Source of the DNA: Ostrea edulis
Lineage: Eukaryota
Assembly: GCF_947568905.1 (NCBI RefSeq)
Contig: NC_079164.1
Span: forward strand, 18,104,001-18,168,000
Direction of reading: 5' to 3'
Length of the DNA stretch: 64,000 nucleotides
Positions 1 to 9,181 of the stretch are shown here, one piece after another. Made by a program: the position numbers and the translations under genes. The notes beneath the pieces are model-generated. The model had not been told where the DNA came from. It did not search any database and saw only the letters and a list, made by a program, of their open reading frames with translations. The number at the start of each line of letters is the position of its first letter. The first letter of the stretch is position 1.

Positions 1-118
1 TTAGCGAGTTATTCTTATGTATTAAGATATATCGTTAATACCGGTATCCGATGTTGATATCACGATATATTATCGCCATGAGAAATATTGCAATATACGA
101 TAATATCGCACACCCCTA
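1..118. mobile_element. End of a probable hAT-like MITE, truncated by the window start
   Basis: Repeated ATATCG/CGATAT motifs end in ...gataatatcgcacacccctA, the reverse complement of a TAGGGGTGTGCGATAT-type terminus. The other end is outside the window. Confidence 0.4.
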
Positions 119-151
119 TTGTGTATATATAGTATAATATATCCTATTCAC

Positions 152-356
152 AGGAGTCGGCAGTTTTACCTGTAAAGGTCTACAATATAAAGAACAACCA
201 CTGAGCTTTGCAAAGCTCAGTGGTTGTTGTTTACATTGTAGACCTTTACAGATAAAACTGCCGACTCCTCTCAAAGGATTTTGACACAGTCTGAGCAAAC
301 TGGCATTTATATATATTACAGTATATACCAGTTTGCTCAGATTGTGTCAAAACCCT
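152..356. repeat. Two adjacent long hairpins (about 59-bp and 29-bp arms)
   Basis: 152-269 is a fold-back centred on gagctttgcaaagctc with 3 differences between the arms. In 275-356, arm aggattttgacacagtctgagcaaactgg matches the reverse complement of 328-356 at 27/29. Confidence 0.85.
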
Positions 357-1052
357 GTGGATACACGTATATATTCTCTTTACAGAGGTGGACAGGCATA
401 TGCCTATTCACTTCTCCAAACTAGAGACTACTTCTACCAGTTAGTGGTCTCCGTCATCTGGTTGACTGTTCTGTCACGTTGGAGTGTGCGCACATTAAAA
501 AAAAAAAGAGAGCGATTTTAAAATTTCAATTATTTCCAATTAAAAACAGTTATTGGCCTCATGATTTTGTAACCGAGTCTTGAAGGCGTCAAAACTCGGC
601 GCCAGCACAGTTGAGGTGAGCAAGATATTTCACTTTTTCGTCTTTGATGGTACGAGGGTAAAACGACTAGACACATGTAGGTACATTGTTTCATAATATA
701 AGCAGCATTGTCTTTGATTCAAATTAACACAGCTTTAAAGTTGTGTGTCATGGTAACGAATATCTTGTTTACCTTCAAATGTCAGATGTGTTGACGTGCA
801 TGTACTTCTTAAAACTAAAGTGATGTATTTGCTATTTTTAATCAATACAGAGTCATAATATAGTTATTTTCGAATCTATGAAAATATGTATGATTCAGCA
901 AAAATACAAGATGAAAGATTATGAAAACATAATTACGAAATCATTGATATTTAATTTTTTTTCTTTTTTAAATTACATGAATAAGCGACAATATTGATAC
1001 GAAACTACAAAATTGCATTGCATTATTTGTTGTGGAGAATGGTCACCGTACG

Positions 1053-4000
1053 ATGTTGTGGAGAACTCGTCACTTAAAACGGCGACTTGTTTTGATTTTG
1101 TGTTTGGGAGGCAGTTTTATATTTTTCTTATCTAACAAAATAGCAAAGGTTTGTAGTCCATTACATTTTTTGGCGAATATAGCAAAGAAAATGGAAAAGG
1201 AATATGTAGTTCGAATTTTCTCAGATTTTTATTTTATTGTTTGCAAGAGATTGCGTATTCGGCCCGCAGAAGTTTTGACATGGCTTTAATCAAGTTTGGT
1301 CTTCAATAGATTTTTAGATGTTTAGGTAATTTAGAAGTAACGTGGGTATACTGAATACCAGTAAAATACTGAAGCTCAGAGGGATCTAGTTTTTGTTCGA
1401 AAAGTTCAGATCGAAGAGTAAAGACCTGATGGAAAGTTAATTCAGGTCACTGAATTTTTAGTAATTTGTTCTTGTCATCTATATAGCGAAATTAAATACA
1501 ATTTAATGTCCATTTAGGTTTGTTTAATTAAAAGAATCTGATGCACATTCAGAGTTCTTGAAATTTCTTTTGAAGTGTCAGACATTTGGTCTGACACTGT
1601 TAGAAATAGTGTCAGCCCAAACAAAATTTTGTCAGTCCAGAAAAAAATGCATCGCTTTTGAGGTTTTTATAAATTTTATTTAAAATCAACTACATGTGTA
1701 ATTGTATTCAATCTCCATCTCAGCTATAAGTTCATAAATGATCTTTTCATACCATTTCTCATCTTCCCTACACTCTGAATGAATCTTCCTCACTTTCACT
1801 ATCTGAGTCACTCTCTTGCTCTATTTCTCTCTCACCCTCCACTTCTCTCTCATCCTCCATTTTTCTCTCTATCCTGTACATTCCTCTCAACTTCTTCCTC
1901 ATCTTCCTCTGCAATCGTTGTAACTACTCTTTCTCTCACTTTTGCCCGGGTGTAGTTGGTCTTTCGTCAGTTTTGACTTTGAGCAGATTGTGTCACCAGA
2001 GCAGAAGGTAAAACCGCTGCAAACAAAAGCCATTGTCTCCCAGATTGCCAGGCGGATTGAAACAGTAGGTTTCTCTTCTCCTCGTAGTTCCTCACAACAG
2101 ATTCCTCACAATTACAATTCACTGTGTTACCGGATTTTGCATCGGTTTGAAAATGTATGGGCCACATGGCTGCCATTTTCCCCCCGGTAATTAACGGACT
2201 TCGATCCCGATCTTATATCGGACATCAGGACCGACAATGAAGTAACTTGTGTCGGACATTTACTTCTTTTATTGTATAATCCGACATTACCGAATTTTTT
2301 CAAGAACTCTGCACCTTGCTAAATTGCCTACTGCTCATTTGATGATATTTCACATTTGATCCTATACCCTTGCTTATCGGTCCATGGAATTACCGGAAAC
2401 ACCGTAAACACCAAATAATTCCCGAAAACACCAATAAAAGTACCGAAAACACCTATGTATTATCAAATAACACCTCTAGGATGATAGTTCATGCCTGTAA
2501 ATACATGTTTGCAAATTGCCATTCATATTGAAGGAAAATTGAATGAGCTATGGCTAATTTTATATCTTGTGTTTCAGACTACATTTATCGGCGCCATTGG
2601 CGTCCGTGGTAGCCAACCAGAATGTTGTTCCCGGCAGTTAATTCAAATTCGACATGCCTATGATTTATGTATTTTAACAAGCATATATCCAGGCAACGAA
2701 ATTAAGGGGAAATACTCGCTAAATGCGAGTTAAAAATTGAATTTGCGAGTAAAAAATCACAAGTGATCGCAACTTTTTGCGAGTGAAAAAACCCCGATCT
2801 TTTTCCCGGATTTCCTCGGTTTATTGGCTGTACTTTGAAGTTTACAATAATTTTGTCTTGTGCATAGAAACGCTTTACAGAATGAATATACAAGTATTGA
2901 AAAAGTAAACGTGGATCGAATAAATAACTAAGGCCAAGGTCATCTCAGTCAGTGATGTCGAAGATGGCCTACTTCATACACACTTCGGACGTCTCAGAGA
3001 CGTCTGATTTAAATAGCAAGCATATTGATCTCGTCCGTGTCTACATAAAACAACACATGACAGTGTGTCACCGTTTCACGCGGTGTCCTTCTGTAATCTA
3101 TAGTCAAACACTTCGAGTTCGCGGGGTTTTCTTTTCAACTAGAATTTTTTTAGATGAAATTTCCAAAAGTTTTGAACATATAGTTTAAATTGGCGCAAAC
3201 AGTCTTCAAGATTTCAATCCACATGATGCTGTAAATAGGTGGTAGATCTCTGGACAGCGAGTACGCCGCACAAGTGTACCCTATGACCCGCACCATGTAT
3301 GTTGTCTGATAATTCATTGAATTTTAAATGAAAGAATTCGCAATCTTATTTTTATTATTGCACTTTAAAGGAGATTTTAAAAGATTTTCCCAAAATTTTG
3401 ATAAAGAGACTTGCTTGTTTTCTTAAATTCATGTAAAACAGTAATCGAGTGAAAAATGCTAGTAAAAGCTCAATTTTGCTAGTTGGAAAATAATCCACTA
3501 GCTAAAATTTGCTAGTGGTGAAAAAAGTTAATTTCGATCCCTGTATATCCAAAATAAAAGTTATATTTATCAACCCAATATCACTGGAGAGAGAGGGGGA
3601 GACGGTTGAATTTCGAATGCAAGCACTTTCACTTATACATGTGCCTTAAATTAGGGCCGATTTGCATTTAGTCGACCAATATAAAAAAATAATTCACAAA
3701 ATTGTTTGCTAAAGTGTTTAATTTTGATTACAAAGAATATCCTAAATCCGTATTACTACTACGATTTACATTTTAAAAAGTGATATTCGGCATGATCACT
3801 GGGGGGCAAATAGTCCAAAATATCTGACGTTTTCCTGGCTTTTCTAATGATTTTGATATTTACCGTGCCTGGCACGGTAAATATCAAAATCATTAAATAT
3901 CGTTGATATGATAATGAGTTTGGGGTCTGATTTTAAATCAGACTGGGTCAAAGTGATATCGGTAACTGCAGTTACGGACATCCAAAAAATGGATGACGCT

Positions 4001-4842
4001 ACCTTAGCTTAAAGTCATTATCGTTGATTTTGTGATCATAAATTATTATTCTCTCGTGCTTTATGTTTTCATTGATATATGTCATTGGATATAGAAATAA
4101 GATACACAGCAGCTTTTTTATGCATTGATCCCTAATTGAAGAAATCCACTGTACAAAAATAAGCGGTCATGAGTAAAGTGTAAAATACGATGTCCATAAC
4201 TGATAAGAAAACCTATATTTATACACAGGTCATTGTTATAGTCATAGATCATAGTCCCGCTAACCCGACAAACATTTTTTTTATTTTAAAAAAGTTATTG
4301 AATGACGAAGGATGACCAAACTGCAGATTAAACTTTATAGAGCCCCGTGCTAACATAAATTATATTTTTTAATGTATCAGAAGGGGCATGTTGCCGGTTA
4401 ATTTGTGTAAAATTCTTGACCAACAATAAGATAACAACAAAAAATGGTGCTTGAATTGTCCAATTATGAAAACCTTAAATTGTGTACATGTGTGGGTGGA
4501 AGGGGGGGGGGGGGTAGTTTTCATCCACTCAAAATGTCTCAGTTTCCCCTTCCGACTTCAATTTCTTAAATCATGCAATGGGTAAGTCGCTACAAGGATA
4601 ACTTTCAAGCTTTCATATTACACGCTCTCCGATTCTACATGCCTGTAATCAATAGTTAAGGATGTAAAACCTTGGTGTCAAATGCAACTAGTTCATGAAA
4701 AAAAGACTAATATTAATATAAAGAAAAATGACTTAAACGATTTACATTTGAGTTGCTTCTATTTATATACGCTATCGATTATTAAGTTTTAATTTCTATA
4801 TGAAATCATTTTTAATTTAGATGTATTGAATAATGCAAGCAA

Positions 4843-4898
<56 letters not shown>

Positions 4899-7800
4899 AT
4901 CGGTAATTATTGATTATAATATACATATATGTATGCAGATATAGAAAGTTTAAAAAGTTCAGTATAAATCTTGAAAGTACAATTTCTTTGTGATAAATTA
5001 TATATCCCCTTTCATTCTAATAATTCTTTATATTTCCCAATTTGTTTTCTTTACATGTTAAATTTTACGGCTGGTACGGGTTAGGACTAATGAAGGAGTG
5101 CCCCCCCCCCCTTTCTAAAACGATGTTACGTGCTAAGCTGTCTATCTCCCTCTCAGTCAAAAATAAAATAAATACAAGCTATACTACAACTTCATTGGGT
5201 TTACTGGATAATTTTTCGATTTAACCTTTTTTTTCTCTCCATCTTCGCTAGCCAAGATTATTCGTCCACGAAGGCACAGTTGACCCAAAATCCATGGCTA
5301 GCGGAGATGAGATTAATTTTACCCCCATATTATGTTATAACTGACCAAAACCTAGTACGTTTGTTTTACAACTTTCATTCAGAAGACGGGCAAGTTTGTG
5401 AGTCACTAAATAAACGAGAAAACGTCTGCATTTTTATTTCAATAGTTGTCAACTGAATATTTTGTGATATTTCAAGAGTACGTGTATATAACAGACGAGT
5501 GGTGGGAATAACTCGACACAGGTGTTTGTATACAGGATGTCGAGAATTTGGGCCGGCGTTTCATAAAAAGTTGTGAACGTCTGCAGGGGTGTCTGATAAG
5601 TAATGCATTTGGATACAGTTTGCTTTTGATTTATATTCCACATTATGTAGGTATTTGCAGACGAATTGTGGAATCTTATCATGTTTGTGAAATAAAGTGA
5701 GAAATTGAATACTGACTTTTGTTAAAAGACACAGAAATACAGAATTGATATGTACAAAGAAGTTGCTATAAATTAATGATCGTATATGTGATGAAAATTA
5801 TCTATAAATTATATATAACCAACATATAACCAATTAAAAAACACCTCCCAGAGCTTCAATTTGAATTAACCGCTGGGAACAACATTCTGATTGGCTAACA
5901 TGGACGCCAATGGCGCCGATAAATATAGTCTGAAATACAAGATATAAAATTAGCCATAGCTCATTCAATTCTCCTTCAATATGAATGACACTTTGGATAT
6001 ATGTATTTACAGGCATGAACTATCATCCTAGAGGTGTTTTTTGATAATACATTGGTGTTTTCGGTCCTTTGTTGGTGTTTTCTGGAATTACCTGGTGTTT
6101 CCGGTAATTCCACGGACCCCTTGCTTACACATGACAAGAGACTAGTCTTCACCTTACAAGCCCAAACATAATATAATAAAGAACCTTGGAAATATGTCTG
6201 GCATTTTGACCAAGAATATCTTCTTAAACAAACCATTTGAGCAGTCATCCGTATAATGCAAACATGTCATTAGAAAAATAATGCACTAACATAAGTTTTT
6301 TGTGTTTGTTTTTTGTCATGATGAGTTACCCCTCTTTGCTCCTGTCCATCAACAATTTCTGTGCAGTATTCTTAAAGTCTTTTCTTTCATCAATAACTCA
6401 AACAGTTATTTTAAGTTAAGTTGTTAACGTTGTTTTGTGTCAACTGCCTCACTTCCCACCACGTGCACCACAGATTTTCGCTGGTGCACCAAGACGAAAA
6501 CAAATGTGTAAATAACACCTAAAAGTAGCAAGTAAAATACTATTAGTTTACACCTTCTTCATGTCTTGGGCGACAACTGTTTATTAGAGTTTTCACACTT
6601 ATTTTACATTATGGAATCTCAGAATGATGCAGTTTATATATCTGATCCATAGGTTGACGATTGTTATAGAGTGCGCCCACAGGTGATAAGTAGAAATACA
6701 AATTTAACCATAGGTTTCCAATGAAAAGACTTTCTACATGTCAGAATCATGCAGCATATGAGTATATACGATATGAAACTTGTCAATATTGCATTGTCTT
6801 TGATTCATTAAAAGCATGTAGGTAAATTCTTTTACAGAGCTCTAAGCTTGTACCAGATGATTATGAAATCAAGCACACTTTGTTAAGACAACCCTTTGAA
6901 TGGCAGCCTAAGATTTCAGAAGTACAGTTGGGGGAGGGAAATTCTACAAAGAAACAAGTATGCAGGAATTCCATTCAGGGAAAGAGTATCATTGTGGATG
7001 AGAGAGGTACAGTAACATTCTCTTCTGTAAGTGTGACATAAAAGTAATATTTATCCTCTAATCAATCTTTTCAGTATGCTATAACTTGATCGTGATATTT
7101 AACCAATCTATTAGCTGTCCACCTTCCTGAGTTATTAGGGTTGAAATCAAAAGATTGATATCAGATGAGAATATAGATTCCGTTAATAGAGAGGAGGGGT
7201 GTAAAAAAAACTTCCATAAATTTCTGTCATCCGACATCAATTACAGGTTTTTTTGTCAGACATTCAACTTTCAATCTTGCCTCTTAGATGCTCATAGTAT
7301 GTTTTAAAATATCATTTGCATAAGTATGATTCATTATATTTTGACCTTGTTTCAGGGTTTGTGTGCAACCGTACATCAGTGGACTCGCATGGCTGTTGTA
7401 ATGTGAAAGTGCGACCGAGATCAACATCAAAGCATCGCTGTGATACCTGTCTGAAGAATGCCTGTTGTGTTGTGTATGAATATTGTGTATCTTGCTGCCT
7501 AAAACCAGATAAGGTATGACAAGGGCTTAGCAACTCTCTTGATTATGTATTTTATATATTTCACCTCACTGTGTATTGTAAACCAACTTTTATTTGTGAG
7601 CGAAGAATTTTCGTGATGTTCATGAGAACGTCGTGGTCGCAAATATTTCTCAATGCAAACCAGTGCTTTAATGTCTCTTATATTTGTTCAAGATTATCTT
7701 GGTCAGGAAAATTAGTTGCTGTCGACCAGTTTATGACTGGTAAATCGCAAAATAATGTCATCACAAGTTGGTTTACAGTATCTATATTTGAATGCAAACT

Positions 7801-8994
7801 AGAATATAAGTATGAAAGTAAATAGAAGTCGGAGCGTGTTAAGTGTAGATGTCTGAGATATTTCTCTGAAGTACATGTATCTGCTGTTTTTCTCTTTTCA
7901 GAGACCACTACTGCAGAAGATTCTCACTAATGCACGTGAGGGATTAGACATTGCTCTGGGTTCTGTGTCTGATCACTTTGAACTCTGTTTGGCCAAATGC
8001 AGAACATCTTCCATGGTAACAAAATTTAACCTATGCTTCATAAAATTACTGCTACAGAGGCATCTAAAAGCTGACATCAAACAAGATACCTATATATATT
8101 ATCTACATGTATTTTGGCTGAGGAAATTTGAAGTATTTATGTTTTCGATGACATAGAAAAATGTTTTGAATTGTGACAGTTTACAGTGAAGTTCTCTGAG
8201 AGCATATTTTATTGAACAGTGCTGGTGTACTTGCACATACCCTGCTAATATTTGCACATTTTAAATTTCTCTGCATGTCTACCATAGATTGTTCATAGAT
8301 TTTGACCTACGGTACTCAGTTTTCAGGACATCTTCATGCTAAACTTGGCACAGAGTTAATGTTCCTCAATCTGTACCGAAAAGGTGTTTGTTGATTTCAA
8401 AGGAATCTCAATGACTTTGTTCAAAATTCTAAAGATTTATTTGTATTGTATTCCAACATCATATGCATACATGTGTATCAGTAATGCAAGCACCCTAAGT
8501 GCACAATAGGCAGTGTGGTGTGTATGTCAAGAAAAATAGCAATATGTCCTTATGAAAGGTGAAGATAATGAACAGTGATCAATCTCATAACTCATATAAG
8601 GAATACAAAATAAAGAGTTGGGCAAACACAGACCCCTGGACCCAGTTGCACGAAGGTTTGTTAACGTCGACTAACAGTTAACTTGTTATTAACTCTATAC
8701 ATTTACATAGTGTTATCGAGACGTTAACTATTAGTTAAACTTGACTAACTCTTGTGCAGTTGGGTCCTGGACATACCAGAGGTGGGATCAGGTGTCTAGG
8801 AGGAGTAAGCATCCCCTGTTGACTGGTCACATCTGCCGTGAGCCCTATGTCTGAATAGTATATCTTACTGTACAAGTTCTAACAAAGCTTAATTTTTATT
8901 TCAGAGTGTGCAGCATGAGAATTCTTACCGTAATGCATATGCCAAGCACTGCTATGGAGAAAACCCTCCAGAGCTTCAAGCTCTAGTGACTTAG
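1053..8994 (+). CDS. SPRING1: SREBP-regulating gene protein (SPRING1 / C12orf49 ortholog), 5 coding exons, 208 aa
   Basis: Exons 1053-1148, 6838-7006, 7356-7513, 7902-8015, 8905-8994; all GT-AG, phases consistent, total 627 nt. N-terminal hydrophobic anchor ([17 protein letters not shown]), then motifs I recognise from human C12orf49: [11 protein letters not shown], [17 protein letters not shown], [14 protein letters not shown], SVQHENxYR, CYGExPPEL. Confidence 0.93.
2690..3543. mobile_element. hAT-like non-autonomous element nested in the MULE-like element
   Basis: Termini caggcaacgaaattaa / ttaatttcgatccctg form an imperfect TIR. Repeated gcgagt/gctagt subterminal motifs occur at both ends, and tatatc lies on both flanks. 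Confidence 0.45.
4848..4895. repeat. (AG)24 microsatellite flanked by a 7-bp direct repeat AACATCG
   Basis: Read directly: aacatcg (4841-4847), AG run, aacatcg (4896-4902). Confidence 0.9.
8552..8849 (-). mobile_element. 3' end of a Penelope-like/SINE-like dispersed repeat, interrupted by a MITE, in SPRING1 intron 4
   Basis: Reverse complement matches the copies at 45205-45378 and 49710-49874 (gggctcacggcgggtgtgaccggtc...gatcactgttcgttatcttcacctttcat). Confidence 0.8.
8639..8766. mobile_element. 128-bp PIF/Harbinger-like MITE with CTG target duplication
   Basis: TIR gacccagttgcac / gtgcagttgggtc (11/13). CTG lies at 8636-8638 and 8767-8769. Removing the insert restores the gacccctggaca... 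junction seen uninterrupted (as tgtccaggggtc on +) in the 45205-45378 copy. Confidence 0.75.
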
Positions 8995-9181
8995 TTGGCT
9001 ATTTGGATCTGTGTTTAATTTTTTTTATTATATGAACAATATGTTGTGTACATAGACTTGCAGGGTACAAGGGATATTTATATGTGTGTGTGTAACGTAT
9101 TTACTTTTATATCTATTTATTTGTTAATGTGAACTTTGTGTACAAGTTTTACACTATTGGATATCCAACTATTTATTGATA

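Larger units (their letters stand above)
2378..6119. mobile_element. Non-autonomous Mutator (MULE)-like element with about 270-bp TIRs, in SPRING1 intron 1
   Basis: About 2378-2648 and 5850-6119 are inverted copies (ggtccatggaattaccggaaacacc... / ...ggtgtttccggtaattccacggaccc). Flanks are cttgcttat (2369-2377) and cttgcttac (6120-6128), an 8-9 bp target duplication. No transposase ORF inside. Confidence 0.7.

Noticed and set aside
1750-2370. Minus-strand purine-rich coding-like relic with an acidic tail (ORF 1967-2176), possibly a hAT transposase C-terminus split by the MULE-like insert
   Set aside because: Multiple stops in all frames and only weak motif resemblance; cannot be assigned without a profile search.
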